Below, piece after piece: positions 1 through 10,753 of a DNA stretch of 64,000 nucleotides. The translations under genes were made by a program, and so were the position numbers. This stretch comes from a bacterium (lineage in GTDB: Bacteria > RBG-13-61-14 > DATKZS01): assembly GCA_963674965.2 (NCBI GenBank), contig CAXXFL010000001.1:160001-224000 (forward strand), written 5' to 3'. Position 1 is the first letter of the stretch. Each line of letters begins with the position of its first letter. The notes beneath the pieces are model-generated. The model did no database searches and was not told where the DNA came from. It worked only from the letters and a program-made list of their open reading frames with translations.

Positions 1-561
1 ATAGTTTTCCTGGTCGGTGAACTTGAACTCCGAGAAGTCGTACCCCCGCTCGGCCAGCCGGGCCTCGATTTTTTCCAGCGTGGCTTTTTTCAAAGTGGGG
101 GTCCTTGAAAGGACCCATCCATATTCCCTTTTCGGGTGTCCCACCACGGCGTACTCGTAGTCCTCGCCCAGGTCGATGACCCAGTAGTCGCCTCCGGCCG
201 CCTTGATCCCGAAGGGCAGGAAGCTGACCTTGAGCTTGGCGTTGGTCTCCGGGTCGACCACCCAGGCGACGCCCTTGGCGCTCGAGAGCTTTCCCTTTTT
301 GGTATAGCAGGCGTTAACCACCTGGACGGTCCCGTCCGGCTTGAGCGAGTATGAGGCGGTGGTCCCGCCGGCGCACTGTCTCTGGAAGACGGCGGGTATG
401 GAGGCTATTTCGTACCAGGTACCCATGTATCTTTCCACGTCCACTTTTTTCACGACTTCCGGACCGCCGTCTTTTTCCCCGGCGAAGACCCCGAGGGCGA
501 GGAATATTCCCAGCGCGGCCGCGACGGCGAAGGGCGCTATCTCACGCGAGTATGCGTGCAT
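1..561 (-). CDS. blc: Lipocalin (Blc-like), 3' end runs off the window
   Basis: Not in ORF track. Manual translation from ATG 561 (AAGGAG SD) gives MHAYSREIAPFAVAAALG...VDVERYMGTWYEIAS...GDYWVIDLGEDYEYAVVG...GWVLSRTP, with lipocalin GxWYEIA and WILSR-type motifs; frame open to position 1. Confidence 0.9.
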   Translation of the reverse strand, partial: MHAYSREIAPFAVAAALGIFLALGVFAGEKDGGPEVVKKVDVERYMGTWYEIASIPAVFQRQCAGGTTASYSLKPDGTVQVVNACYTKKGKLSSAKGVAWVVDPETNAKLKVSFLPFGIKAAGGDYWVIDLGEDYEYAVVGHPKREYGWVLSRTPTLKKATLEKIEARLAERGYDFSEFKFTDQENY

Positions 562-573
562 GACTTTCTCCTT

Positions 574-2778
574 TCATATCCTTCCGACCTTGATTACGTC
601 CTCGATTTTCTCGAGGGCGACGATAATATGGTTAAGCTCCTTGAGGGTCTTGGCCCTGATGGTGAAGTTATGGACCGCTCTTTTGTCGTCGGTCGTGTGC
701 ACGACCGCCCTGAGCACGTGCATGTTGAGGGAGTCGATGGCGGAGGAAAGCCTGAATAGCATGCCTCTTTCCTCCTTGGAGATCACCTCGATGGTGACCT
801 CGGACTCTCCCTCCACCTTCTCGTCCCATTGGGCGGAAAAAACGCTTTCGTTATCCGCCTCGGCCAGCGCGTGGCACCTCACGTTATGTATCTCGAAGGC
901 GCCGTCCGGCTTTTTCACCGCGCCCACCTCCTCGCCCACCAGGGGCATGCAGCAGGCGCCCATTACCACGCCGGAGTCTTTAAAGCTGGAAATTACCACC
1001 GGCGGCTTGCCCTGGGACTCCGCCAGGGCCACCGCCTGGGCTTCCCCTTTTTTAGTCCTCGACTTTTTCCTCGCCTTCCTGGATTTGTCCTTTTGCCGCT
1101 TCACGGACTCGAGGGGCACGAGCTTGTGGACCGCCTTTCTCACGGGGAAATGGTCGTTGCCGATGGCCTCGAGCATTTTTTCCACGCTGGGAAAGCTGTA
1201 TTGCCTGGCCACCTCGAGCAGGCTTCCGTTCTTGATGAGCGGAGCCAAAGCGTGGTGGTTCTTGAGGAGGTCCACCTCGAGCATGTGCCTTCCCAGTTCC
1301 CTGGCCCGGCTGATTTTGCGCGAGGTAATGAAATGGTTTATCCGGGCCCTGGCCCTCGAGCTTTTTGCGAAGTTCAGCCACGCCTCCTGGGGCTCGATCG
1401 ACTTGCTGGTGATGATCTCGACGATGTCGCCCGACTTGATCTCCTCGCTGAGGGGAACGATCTTGCCGTTAATCTTGGCCCCTCCGGCCCGGTCTCCTAT
1501 GTCGCTGTGAATGGCGTAGGCCAGGTCGATGGGCGTGGCCCCGAAGGGCAGCTCGATGGTGTCGCCTCCCGGCGTGAAGGCGATGATCACGTCGGGTATG
1601 ACCTCGCTCTTGACCGACTCGAGGAACTGGTAGGGGTTCTCCAGGCTCTTGGTGATCTCGACCAGGTGGTTGACGAACTCGAGGGTCTTTTCCTCGCCGC
1701 CCTCGTGGGGGGAGACCAGCCCGTCCTCCTTGTACCTCCAGTGGGCCGCGATGCCGTACTCGGCCAGGGCGTGCATCTCCCTGGTCCGTATCTGTATCTC
1801 CACCCTCTCGCCCTCCAGGCCTATGACCGTGGTGTGAAGCGACCGGTACATGTTGGCCTTGGGCAGGGCGATGTAGTCCTTGATGCGCCCGGGCACGGGC
1901 GCCCAAAAGGAATGAATGACGCGCAGGGCGTCGTAGCAGGCGGGGATGCTGTCCACGAAAATGCGGAAGGCGATCAGGTCGAACACCTCGTCGAAGCTGA
2001 GGTTCTGCTTCTCCATCTTGTTATACACGCTGTAGAGGTGCTTGAAGCGCCCGGTGACCTCGCAGCCGACGCGGGCCTCGTCAAGCCTCGACTTGAGGGA
2101 GTTTTGAACCTTGTCGATGAAGTCCTTTCTCGCCTCCCGGGTGGTGGCCATCTTCGCCGCCAGCTTGAAGTACAGCTCGGGCTTCAAGTACTCGAAGCTG
2201 AGGTCCTCGAGCTGGGCCTGAATCCAGTGGATGCCCAGCCGGCCCGCGATGGGGGCGTAGATGTCCAGGGTCTCCTGGGCGATGCGCTTTTGCTTTTCCT
2301 CCTCCAGGCTCTTGAGCGTGCGCATGTTATGGAGCCGGTCGGCCAGCTTGATAAGGATGACCCTCACGTCCCGGGCCATGGCCAGGATCATCTTCCGGTA
2401 ATTCTCCGAGTAGACCTGGGCGCGGGAAGAACCCGAGGTCAGCCTGCCCATCTTGGTGACGCCGTCCACCAGTCGGGCTATGTCGGGTCCGAACTCCTTT
2501 TCCATCTGGTCCACCGTATAGTCGGTGTCCTCGACCACGTCGTGGAGGAGCCCGGCGGCGATGGCCCGCTCCTGGAGCTTGAGCTCGGTAAGTATGCCGG
2601 CGACCTCGAGGGGATGGGACAGGTAGGGAAGGTTGTCCTTCCTGCGCTGGCCCTCGTGGAGCATGGCGCTCTTGATATAGGCCTTCTGAACCACGGCGAC
2701 GTTGGCCTTGGGATGGTAGGATAAAAGCCGATCAATGATTTCCTCGATCCGGATGACCGTCACCGGATTATCCTCCAT
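574..2778 (-). CDS. spoT: Bifunctional (p)ppGpp synthetase/hydrolase (Rel/SpoT)
   Basis: Intact HD motif (LLHDVVED), synthetase motifs (KDYIALPKANMYRSLHT, EIQIRT), TGS-like and C-terminal ACT-like regions; lies after gmk-rpoZ. Confidence 0.95.
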   Translation of the reverse strand: MEDNPVTVIRIEEIIDRLLSYHPKANVAVVQKAYIKSAMLHEGQRRKDNLPYLSHPLEVAGILTELKLQERAIAAGLLHDVVEDTDYTVDQMEKEFGPDIARLVDGVTKMGRLTSGSSRAQVYSENYRKMILAMARDVRVILIKLADRLHNMRTLKSLEEEKQKRIAQETLDIYAPIAGRLGIHWIQAQLEDLSFEYLKPELYFKLAAKMATTREARKDFIDKVQNSLKSRLDEARVGCEVTGRFKHLYSVYNKMEKQNLSFDEVFDLIAFRIFVDSIPACYDALRVIHSFWAPVPGRIKDYIALPKANMYRSLHTTVIGLEGERVEIQIRTREMHALAEYGIAAHWRYKEDGLVSPHEGGEEKTLEFVNHLVEITKSLENPYQFLESVKSEVIPDVIIAFTPGGDTIELPFGATPIDLAYAIHSDIGDRAGGAKINGKIVPLSEEIKSGDIVEIITSKSIEPQEAWLNFAKSSRARARINHFITSRKISRARELGRHMLEVDLLKNHHALAPLIKNGSLLEVARQYSFPSVEKMLEAIGNDHFPVRKAVHKLVPLESVKRQKDKSRKARKKSRTKKGEAQAVALAESQGKPPVVISSFKDSGVVMGACCMPLVGEEVGAVKKPDGAFEIHNVRCHALAEADNESVFSAQWDEKVEGESEVTIEVISKEERGMLFRLSSAIDSLNMHVLRAVVHTTDDKRAVHNFTIRAKTLKELNHIIVALEKIEDVIKVGRI

Positions 2779-2916
2779 CGGGCCGCCGAAATTACCATCG
2801 TGGTTCGGCCCCTCCAGCCTGGACCGGCCGCTGGTTCAGGCGGCGCTTACAGTCAAACCAGCCCGCCAGAGGCCTGGCGGGCCAGACTCGAGACAAAAAA
2901 GACGTCTCGGAGAATA

Positions 2917-3174
2917 TCAATAATCGTCGGGGTCCTTGAGAGTAATGGGAACGAACTTTTCCTGCTCCCCTTTTTTCTCGTCCAGTTTCGCGTCGATGGG
3001 GTTCACCTTTTTCGCCGCGATCTCCCGAAGCGAGGTGATGACCTCCTTGTTGTCGCAGCCGATTACCGGGTCGGCGCCCGCGTATAGCTGCTTGCTGCGC
3101 TTGACCGCCAGCATGACCAGGGCGAACCTGTTCTCAACGTTCCGAAGGCAATCCTCAACCGTGATACGAGCCAT
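2917..3174 (-). CDS. rpoZ: RNA polymerase omega subunit
   Basis: [10 protein letters not shown]...[16 protein letters not shown]...SLREIA signature; gmk-rpoZ-spoT synteny. Confidence 0.97.
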   Translation of the reverse strand: MARITVEDCLRNVENRFALVMLAVKRSKQLYAGADPVIGCDNKEVITSLREIAAKKVNPIDAKLDEKKGEQEKFVPITLKDPDDY

Positions 3175-3219
3175 GGCTAAATCCTCTCTTTAAAAGGGCC
3201 CGGAAAAACCCGAGGCTCC

Positions 3220-3888
3220 TTATGAAATTTTCCCAGGCCCCCGAGCTCGCTTCCCGGGGGCGGTGAAATCGGGCAAAACGCCTTTGGCCTTTTCCGCCAT
3301 ATGGTCCCGTCCGGCCCGCCGCGAGGCGACGACGCACTTCAGAGTCTCGACGGCCTGGTCAAAGTCGTCATTTATTATTATATAGTTAAACCGCTCCCAT
3401 TCAAGAATCTCCTCGCGGGCGCGGCTGAGGCGTCTTTCGATTTCGTCCTCTTTTTCCGTTCCCCTGCCGACCAGGCGCGTTTTAAGGGCGTCCCACGAGG
3501 GCGGCAGGATGAAAATGAACGCGCCATCGTCCACGCTTTCCTGAAGCGTCCTGGCCCCCTGAATGTCGATCTCGACCAGAAGGTCCACGCCCTCCCTGGC
3601 GGACTTTTCAAGGTAAGCCCGGCTGGTGCCGTAACGCTTGCCGTGAACGTTGGCCCACTCGGCGAACTCCCGATTCTCGATCATGCGGTCGAAGGTCTCG
3701 TCGTCCACGAAAAAATAGTCCCGGCCGTCGCGCTCTCCCTCCCGGCGCGGGCGGGTGGTGTAGCTCACGGACCAGGCCAGTTCCTTGGAACCCTCCCGGG
3801 CCAGACGTTTTATCAGCGCCTTGCAAAGCGAGGTCTTGCCCGCCCCGGAGGGAGCGGCCACCACGAACAGCAGTCCTTTTTCGCTCAA
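3220..3888 (-). CDS. gmk: Guanylate kinase
   Basis: APSGAGKTS P-loop, SVSYTTRPRR, YFFV, EIDIQGA; likely TTG start at 3888 after GGGGATGGA (track start 3945). Confidence 0.95.
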   Translation of the reverse strand: MSEKGLLFVVAAPSGAGKTSLCKALIKRLAREGSKELAWSVSYTTRPRREGERDGRDYFFVDDETFDRMIENREFAEWANVHGKRYGTSRAYLEKSAREGVDLLVEIDIQGARTLQESVDDGAFIFILPPSWDALKTRLVGRGTEKEDEIERRLSRAREEILEWERFNYIIINDDFDQAVETLKCVVASRRAGRDHMAEKAKGVLPDFTAPGKRARGPGKIS

Positions 3889-3941
3889 TCCATCCCCTGT
3901 CGCTCGAATTGTCCCGGCGGCCCGAAAAGCCGGGCCCGGGC

Positions 3942-4826
3942 TCATTCAATATTTTGCACCTGCTCCCGAATTTTTTCCAACTCGGCCTTGACCTTGACCG
4001 TGACCGCCTGGGCGTCGGCGTCCATGATCTTGTTTCCCGAGGTGTTGATCTCGCGGAAGATTTCCTGGGTCATGAAGTCCAGTTTCCTCCCAACTGGCCC
4101 CTCCTCGGCCAGGACGGCCCGGAACTGCTCGAGGTGACTTTTAAGCCGGACCATCTCCTCGGTGATATCGGCGCGGTCCGCTAAAATGGCCACCTCCTGG
4201 GCGAGACGGTCCTCGCTCACGGCCGCTCCCTCCGGAAGAAGGTCGGACAGGCGACGCTCGAGCTTTTCCCTATGAGACCTCACCACCCGGGGGGCCATGG
4301 CCTCGAGCTCGAGGACCCAGGACTCGATGGACGCCAGCCGCTCGATCATGTCCCTCTCCAGGGCCTCCCCCTCGCGGGACCGCATCTCCCGGAGCTCGCC
4401 GAAGCAGGACTCGAAAACGGCCGCCAGCTCGGGCCAGGCCTCGTCGCCCATCCTCGAGGGGTCTCCCACGATGATGACGTCCTTGAGGTTGGCGATGAAC
4501 CCGAGGTCCGGCTCTCCCGCAAGGCCCAGCTCCCGCTTCATCTCGGCCATGGCCTCGGCGCACCCTCTGGCCAGGGGCCGGTTCCAGGCGACGGAAACGG
4601 GGGCCTCGCCGGGCTCGGCCGCCGCGTAGACCTCGACCCTTCCCCGGGCGAAGTATTTTTTGGCCAGCTCCGCGACCTTGTTCTCGAGGGCGGCCATCTC
4701 CCGGGGCAGCTTGCACTTCAAATCCAGGTACCTGTGGTTGACGCTTTTGGCCTCGACGGTCAGGCTCGTTCCCGAGGCCTTTCCCGAGACGCGGGCGTAT
4801 CCGGTCATGCTGAGTACTCGGCTCAA
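3942..4826 (-). CDS. yicC: YicC/YloC family endoribonuclease
   Basis: SMTGY N-terminus, KSVNHRYLD, GRKLDF..QE..REINT.G.K, EKIREQVQNIE C-terminus. Confidence 0.95.
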   Translation of the reverse strand: MSRVLSMTGYARVSGKASGTSLTVEAKSVNHRYLDLKCKLPREMAALENKVAELAKKYFARGRVEVYAAAEPGEAPVSVAWNRPLARGCAEAMAEMKRELGLAGEPDLGFIANLKDVIIVGDPSRMGDEAWPELAAVFESCFGELREMRSREGEALERDMIERLASIESWVLELEAMAPRVVRSHREKLERRLSDLLPEGAAVSEDRLAQEVAILADRADITEEMVRLKSHLEQFRAVLAEEGPVGRKLDFMTQEIFREINTSGNKIMDADAQAVTVKVKAELEKIREQVQNIE

Positions 4827-5371
4827 TTTGTTTTCCTTTCCTTCGCCCTCCGGCGCAGATCGTGTTTATAGGCTTCCCTGATCCTGTTGAGGAAGGCGAT
4901 CATTTCATCCTCGGCGTAATCGGGATAGGTCCATTCAAGCCTCTTGAAGGAGCCGCTCTCGAAAACCAGGGTCAGGTCGATGTAAATTCCCCGGCCGGCG
5001 TAGGTCCTGCTGGGGTTGGGTTTTCCCGTGGCCAAAACGAAGTTATACACGCTTATCAGGCCGGGATCGAGATTGATCCTTCTCAGGTCGCCCTCCCTTT
5101 GCCCCTCCTCGAGGGAATTGGTGAAAAGCTTGATGGCGGGAAGCTCGCCCGGATCGACCGGTTCCTTGAACGTGAAGAAGCGCCGAAGAAGCTTTCCTCC
5201 CATCTCGCCGTCGTAATAGTGGGTCATGGCAAAGGGAAGCTCGCGAGTGGAATGGTCGGTGGGCCCGAACTTTCGTATCAGTTCGGGGAGGCACGCCTCC
5301 AGGGCCTCGCCGCTCGAGTAGATGGCGCTAAGGAACAGCTTGGCCGGGTCGGGCGTCCTGGGCCTGCTCAT
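4823..5371 (-). CDS. DUF4416 family protein
   Basis: Start MSRPRTPDPAKLF at 5371 (overlaps upstream stop); YYxxEMG, RRINLDPG, WTYPDY motifs typical of the family found before yicC. Confidence 0.8.
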   Translation of the reverse strand: MSRPRTPDPAKLFLSAIYSSGEALEACLPELIRKFGPTDHSTRELPFAMTHYYDGEMGGKLLRRFFTFKEPVDPGELPAIKLFTNSLEEGQREGDLRRINLDPGLISVYNFVLATGKPNPSRTYAGRGIYIDLTLVFESGSFKRLEWTYPDYAEDEMIAFLNRIREAYKHDLRRRAKERKTN

Positions 5372-6069
5372 TCCCTTATTCCCGCGGGTCCCTTGCAGGC
5401 CTTGACGCACACGCCGCATATCCTTTGCCCGATCCCTCTTAACTTCTCGTTTTCCCTGTTGCGCTCGGCGCAGGAGGCGAGGTCGAAGTCCGCCGGGCCC
5501 TCGTGGATGGCCCCGACCGGGCAGACGGCGCGGCAGCGGACGCATTTGCCGCACCCGCTTTCGTCCTTGTTTTCGAACCACGGTCCCGGGTCGAAGACCT
5601 CCATGTCCGTTAGCACCGTGACCAGCCGCGCCTGGGCGCCCCGGGAGGGAGTGACTAAAAGGTTGTTCCTGCCGTACCAGCCTTGTCCCACCGTGACCGC
5701 GACCTGCCGGTGGTTGACGTGGGCCAGCAGGGGCTCGCCCCAGCTTATAATCTGGCTGGCCGGGACCGGCAAGGCCCGATGGCCCGATTCCTGGAGCCGG
5801 AGCGCCGCTCCCATGGCCGTCCGGTCCATGAGGTAGTTAAGCTGGCCATAGGCGTGCTTGTAAAGAAGAGTGGGCCGGTCCGTGATTCCCCCGATCGACT
5901 CGGGCGGCAAGGGATAGGCCAGACTGATGGCCCAGTCAAGGCCCGAGAGGTCCTGTTCCTTGCTTAGCTCCCACTGGTCCCTCACGCCGGTTATGTCCCC
6001 CGCGGCGATCAGGACGGGCGACTGGCCGGATATCCAGTCCTTGAGCGAAAGCCAATCCCAATGAGCCAT
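5368..6069 (-). CDS. Epoxyqueuosine reductase (QueG)-like 4Fe-4S protein
   Basis: GQGWYGRNNLLVTP, RLVTVLTD, CGKCVRCRAVCPVGA and CGVCVKAC cysteine clusters. Confidence 0.75.
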   Translation of the reverse strand: MAHWDWLSLKDWISGQSPVLIAAGDITGVRDQWELSKEQDLSGLDWAISLAYPLPPESIGGITDRPTLLYKHAYGQLNYLMDRTAMGAALRLQESGHRALPVPASQIISWGEPLLAHVNHRQVAVTVGQGWYGRNNLLVTPSRGAQARLVTVLTDMEVFDPGPWFENKDESGCGKCVRCRAVCPVGAIHEGPADFDLASCAERNRENEKLRGIGQRICGVCVKACKGPAGIRE

Positions 6070-6080
6070 GGCGCGCCCGC

Positions 6081-7076
6081 TTATCTGCCTTTCTTATTCT
6101 GGACGGCGTTCCTCAGTTCCTCGACCGTCGCCACCGAGGTGCCCAGCTTGCCCACCACGATGCCCGCGGCCAGGTTGGCCGTCTTGACCGCGTCCTCCAA
6201 TCCGAAGCCCGCGGCCAGGGCCGTGGCCAAAACCCCGATCACCGTGTCGCCCGCGCCGGTCACGTCGAAAACCTCGCGGGCCAGGGCGGGAATGTGCAGG
6301 GACTTCTCGCCCGGCCGGAAAAGGCTCATGCCCTTCTCGCCCCGCGTGATGAGCAGGGCCTCGCACCCTAGCCGGGCGATGATGTTGGCGGCCGCCTTCT
6401 CGAGCGTCTCGTCGCCGGTTATCTCGAGGCCCGCCATCTGTCCGGCCTCGCGGTGGTTGGGCGTCAGGACATTCGCCCCGGCGTACCAGTCGGCGTTGAC
6501 GGGCTTGGGGTCAACGGCCAGGGTCTTTCCCTGTTTTTTGCAGAGCCTGACAAGGTCCTGGACCAGGTTTTCGCTGACCAGTCCCTTGGCGTAGTCGCTG
6601 ACTATGACCGCGTCCACCCGGTCCAGGGCCGACCTGACGGCCCGCCAGAAGGATTTATAGGTCGAGGGCTTGAGCGGGCGGATTTCCTCCCGGTCGAACC
6701 TGACCACCTGCTGCTGGTGGGCGATGATCCTGGTCTTGACGGCGGTGGGCCTCGTCTGGCTTCGCCTGACGCAGGAGCGGTCGGCCCCGACGCGGTCCAG
6801 TTCCCTGAGCACGGCCTCGCCGGCGGGGTCCCTTCCCACCACGCCGGCCATGACGGCCCGGGCGCCGAGGGCGAGGACGTTGTTGACCACGTTGGCGGCC
6901 CCTCCCAGGAGGGCGGTCTCCCTCGATACCTCGACCACGGGCACGGGGGCCTCGGGGGATATCCTTTTTACCTTGCCCCAGATGAAAACGTCGTGCATGA
7001 CGTCGCCCACCACCAGGACGCGGGCTTTTTTCAGCTCGTCGAAATAGGGCAATAAATGAACGTTGGACTTGGACAT
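6081..7076 (-). CDS. rfaE1: D-glycero-beta-D-manno-heptose-7-phosphate kinase
   Basis: VVGDVM, RISPEAPVPVV, GGAANV, SDYAKG, VFDVTGAGDT (PfkB family, HldE kinase domain). Confidence 0.93.
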   Translation of the reverse strand: MSKSNVHLLPYFDELKKARVLVVGDVMHDVFIWGKVKRISPEAPVPVVEVSRETALLGGAANVVNNVLALGARAVMAGVVGRDPAGEAVLRELDRVGADRSCVRRSQTRPTAVKTRIIAHQQQVVRFDREEIRPLKPSTYKSFWRAVRSALDRVDAVIVSDYAKGLVSENLVQDLVRLCKKQGKTLAVDPKPVNADWYAGANVLTPNHREAGQMAGLEITGDETLEKAAANIIARLGCEALLITRGEKGMSLFRPGEKSLHIPALAREVFDVTGAGDTVIGVLATALAAGFGLEDAVKTANLAAGIVVGKLGTSVATVEELRNAVQNKKGR

Positions 7077-7100
7077 TTCACACCACTTTATTATAAAGGT

Positions 7101-7352
7101 TTACTCGGCGTCGCCGATAAGGGACCTGGCGGCGGGGGAGAGGAAGACGTCGTCGAGATCGACCCCGGCGAGGGCCTTGGCCAGCGCCTCGACCCTGTCG
7201 GCCGGGTCCATGGACTCGCTGAGAAAGACGACGGGCTTTCCCTTGAGGAGCACGAGCCCGCCCCGGCCGGCGAGGTCGGCGGCCACGCGCACGCTTACGC
7301 CGGCGGCGCGGGCCGCGGAAAGCAGCTCGTTATACATCGCCTCGGCGTCCAT
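7101..7352 (-). CDS. Small hypothetical protein
   Basis: 83-aa ORF with host-like codon use filling the gap between the MCP and rfaE1. Confidence 0.65.
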   Translation of the reverse strand: MDAEAMYNELLSAARAAGVSVRVAADLAGRGGLVLLKGKPVVFLSESMDPADRVEALAKALAGVDLDDVFLSPAARSLIGDAE

Positions 7353-9990
7353 TCGAATTGGGACCGTTCTCGCGGGTTACGTTGCCCATCTCCTTGCGGA
7401 GGTTGGCCGCCTCCTCCGTCAGGATATCGACCACCTCGGAGAGCCTGGCCGCGCTGTCGGTGCTTTCCTGGCTGACCATCTTGATGCGCTCCATGAGCTG
7501 GATGATCTGGGAGCTGCTCTTTTTTTCCTCCTGCTGGGCCTGGCTGATGCTGTAGAGCATCTGGGTGATGTTCTCGATGGACTTGGTAATGAGCTTGGAC
7601 CCCTGGAGCTGCTCCTCGGCGTTCCTCTTGACCTGGAGGGACGCGGTCTTCATTTCCTCGGTGGCCCGAAGGATGAGTGCCCCGCCCCGGGTCTGCTCGG
7701 AGGTGGCCACGGATATCTGGTTGACCATGTCGGCCACCTTGTCGATGGCCTTCGAGACCTGGCGGCTGGACTCGGCCTGCTCGATGGTGGTGTTGGCGAT
7801 GCCCTGGACGCGGGCGGCCGCTTGTCTGGTGCTTTCCATGATCTGGGCGAGGGAGCTCGAGGCCTGGTCGGTAAGCTGGACCCCGGACTCGACGGCGCGG
7901 GCGCCCTCCTCGATGGCGCCGACGGCCTGGACCGATTCCTCCTGCACGCCCTTGATAAGCTGGTGTATCTCCCGGGTCGATCCCGAGGTCCTCTCGGCCA
8001 GCTCCTTGATCTCGTCGGCGACCACGGCGAAGCCTCTTCCGTGCTCGCCCGCCTGGGCGGCGATGATGGCGGCGTTCAAGGCGAGCAGGTTGGTCTGGTT
8101 GGCCACGTCGTCGATGACCTTGACGATTTTTCCGATCTCGGCGACCCTGTCTCCCAGTCTCTCGATGACCTGCTGTCCGGCCAGTACCACCTCGGATATC
8201 TCGTGCATGCCGCCGGTGACCTTGCCCACGGCCTCGACGCCGGCCTCGGCGTCGGCCAGGACCGACTCGCTCCAGTTGGCGGTGTCCTTGGCGCTCTTCT
8301 CGACCTCCCGTATGGAGGCGTCCATCTCGCTCATGCTGGAGGCCGTCTCCTCGGTGACGGCGCTTAAGTTGGTCACGTTTCCCGCCACCTGGTCCAGGGC
8401 CACGGTCATCTCGTTGATCGAGCTCGAGACCTCGGAGATGGACTGGTTAAGAATGTCCACGCTCTCGTTGATCTTCTTCACCGCCGCGCCCATCTCGAAT
8501 ATCGAGCTCGAGCTTTCCTCGGCCGAGGCGCTCAGGGCCTCGACGTTCTCGGCGATGCCCTGGATGCTCATGTCCATCTGGGTGGTGGCCGAGCTGACGT
8601 CGTCGATGGCCTGGTCCTGCATCCTGGCGCCCTCCTCGACGGAGAGGGCCGAGCCGCGGATGGCGCCCGTGGCCTCCTCGAGGCTGCAGATGGCGTCGGT
8701 GATCCTGCCCAGCACGCCGCCAAGCTGAAGGCTCATGCGGCGGAGGGCGAGGGAAAGGTCGCCCACCTCGTCGTTGGCGTGATAGAAGACGTCGCTGTGG
8801 ATGTTGCCCTTGCCCACCTCCTTGGCGAAGCCGACCAGCGCCTTGATCGGGCGCGAGACCTCGCCGGCGATGACCCTGACCACGAGGACGCTTATAAGAA
8901 CGACCACCGCCAGAAGCAATAAAGAGACGACGGCGAAGCTGCCGAGGGAATCGTTATAGTCGCCCCAGGGGAACCCGACCATCAGGTAATATCCGGGGCG
9001 TCCACCCACCTCGATCTCGAAACCGGCCATGATCTCGGCGTGAAAAAGATCGAACTCGACCGCGCCTTCTTTATTTTCGAAAGCCCTGGTCATAATATCG
9101 ACGCCGACCTCGGGCATGTGGTCCATATAATCCATGTCCCGAACCAGCTCGCGATAACTTATATTGCCGTCCTTGTCCTCGTCCTTGCGGACCAGGTAGA
9201 CGTTGAAGGACTCCCCCTCCTCCGACTTGAGTTCCTTGAGACTCGAGACGAGTCTGGACTCGGAGCCAACGCTCGAGGAAAGACCCGCGTTCCATTCCTT
9301 CTTTAGCCATTTAAGCTTATGGGAGCCGGCCTCCTGCTGCACGGCCGTCGAGGCCTGCCGGTATCCGGCCAGGGCCGCGATGAAGAAACTGAAGCCGATA
9401 AGAGGGATAAGGGTGATGCTCATGAAGCTCTTCAAGGCCAGGCGCTTGGAGTCTATCTTCTCGTTAAGGATATCGGGCGACTTGTGAATGATCATCCCAA
9501 CCACGGGATCGAGAATGTCCCGCCAGTAATAAAACTGGAATATGGTGATAATTGCGGCGGCGCTCCAGATGCTGACCAACATGGATATGAAGTCCATGGG
9601 CCGGAGTTTCCAGTCGGTCAAGCCCGTGGCGAAGACGACCACCAGGAAACCGCAGAAGCACCAGATGAAAAGGCCGAAGAGGGGCATCTTGATGGGAAAG
9701 TCGAGCATGGACGCAAGGGCCTCGGACCCGGTGACCCCGCTTTCTTCTCCCTGGTCGATAAACTTGCTCGCCTTGTCCCATCTCCTTTTCATGAGAACGT
9801 GCTCGTGAACCAGGATGAGCCCAATTATAAAAGGAGAGGCCAAGGCCAGCGCCTTTATTATTACCGTTACGGGAACGGTGGGAATAAGGATCGTCGTGTA
9901 AATCGAGAGGAGAGCGATTCCTCCCGGGGTGATGCCTATGAACAAAATCAAGCTAAGCTTTTTCTTGGCCTTGTCGACAACTTGCGCCAT
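7330..9990 (-). CDS. Methyl-accepting chemotaxis protein with multi-TM N-terminus and HAMP
   Basis: [37 protein letters not shown] hairpin signature, HAMP (ANDEVGDLS), several TM segments. Confidence 0.93.
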   Translation of the reverse strand: MAQVVDKAKKKLSLILFIGITPGGIALLSIYTTILIPTVPVTVIIKALALASPFIIGLILVHEHVLMKRRWDKASKFIDQGEESGVTGSEALASMLDFPIKMPLFGLFIWCFCGFLVVVFATGLTDWKLRPMDFISMLVSIWSAAAIITIFQFYYWRDILDPVVGMIIHKSPDILNEKIDSKRLALKSFMSITLIPLIGFSFFIAALAGYRQASTAVQQEAGSHKLKWLKKEWNAGLSSSVGSESRLVSSLKELKSEEGESFNVYLVRKDEDKDGNISYRELVRDMDYMDHMPEVGVDIMTRAFENKEGAVEFDLFHAEIMAGFEIEVGGRPGYYLMVGFPWGDYNDSLGSFAVVSLLLLAVVVLISVLVVRVIAGEVSRPIKALVGFAKEVGKGNIHSDVFYHANDEVGDLSLALRRMSLQLGGVLGRITDAICSLEEATGAIRGSALSVEEGARMQDQAIDDVSSATTQMDMSIQGIAENVEALSASAEESSSSIFEMGAAVKKINESVDILNQSISEVSSSINEMTVALDQVAGNVTNLSAVTEETASSMSEMDASIREVEKSAKDTANWSESVLADAEAGVEAVGKVTGGMHEISEVVLAGQQVIERLGDRVAEIGKIVKVIDDVANQTNLLALNAAIIAAQAGEHGRGFAVVADEIKELAERTSGSTREIHQLIKGVQEESVQAVGAIEEGARAVESGVQLTDQASSSLAQIMESTRQAAARVQGIANTTIEQAESSRQVSKAIDKVADMVNQISVATSEQTRGGALILRATEEMKTASLQVKRNAEEQLQGSKLITKSIENITQMLYSISQAQQEEKKSSSQIIQLMERIKMVSQESTDSAARLSEVVDILTEEAANLRKEMGNVTRENGPNSNGRRGDV

Positions 9991-10005
9991 GATATCCCCG
10001 CACAG

Positions 10006-10311
10006 TTAGTGTATTCGTCCCGTGGTGGGCACTTCTTCCTCGTAAACTTCTCCAAAGGGATGCTTGACCCAGTCGTCCCGGCAGCGCTTGCACAGCACGA
10101 AGGACATCCTCTGGTAAACCTCGTCGGTCAGTTCCCGTTCGCTTTTATTTTCTATTTCCCGCCAGAGATTCGATCGGTCCATGGAACTCTCGGGCGCCTC
10201 GATGTGCCCGTCAAAGTCGGCCACGATGTTAATGGTAACCAGGTACCGCGTATTGCCGCCAACGAGGGCCCGCCCGCAACTACCGCAATACTGAACGGTG
10301 TTTGAAGCCAT
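10006..10311 (-). CDS. Hypothetical zinc-ribbon protein
   Basis: CGSCG ... LCKRCR cysteine pairs; GGAGG SD upstream; co-oriented with the MCP. Confidence 0.7.
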   Translation of the reverse strand: MASNTVQYCGSCGRALVGGNTRYLVTINIVADFDGHIEAPESSMDRSNLWREIENKSERELTDEVYQRMSFVLCKRCRDDWVKHPFGEVYEEEVPTTGRIH

Positions 10312-10541
10312 TTTTTCAGCGCCTCCGGTTTACGGTTTAATTCCACGCTCCCTTTTATATTAAAATTTTATTAAAATACAAAGGCGATTATAAATCAGTA
10401 ACTAAGTAAACTCAAGCCGGGAGGAGCGGACGCGGTAAAAATTTTAACCGCTCGGTTATTTTCATCCATACTCCGGCGTGAACTAATCTTTGCGCGTTTG
10501 CGAAAGGGTGCTTACATTATTAATTGAAAGGAGGTTTTGCC

Positions 10542-10742
10542 ATGAACAAAACCGTTAAGATACCGAATATTACCTGCGGCCATTGCGTGGCCAACATAAA
10601 AAGGGAACTGGTTGACCTCGAGGGCGTGGTAAGCGTCGGCGGCGATCCGGATTCGAAAGAGGTAACCGTGGAATGGGCCGAGCCCGCGAAATGGGAGGAT
10701 ATTGAAGAGGTCCTTAACGAGATCGGGTACCCGCCCGCGTAA
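10542..10742 (+). CDS. copZ: Copper chaperone (HMA domain)
   Basis: ITCGHC metal-binding motif; AGGAGG SD before ATG 10542; directly upstream of copA. Confidence 0.9.
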   Translation: MNKTVKIPNITCGHCVANIKRELVDLEGVVSVGGDPDSKEVTVEWAEPAKWEDIEEVLNEIGYPPA

Positions 10743-10753
10743 GGTGGAATGGC

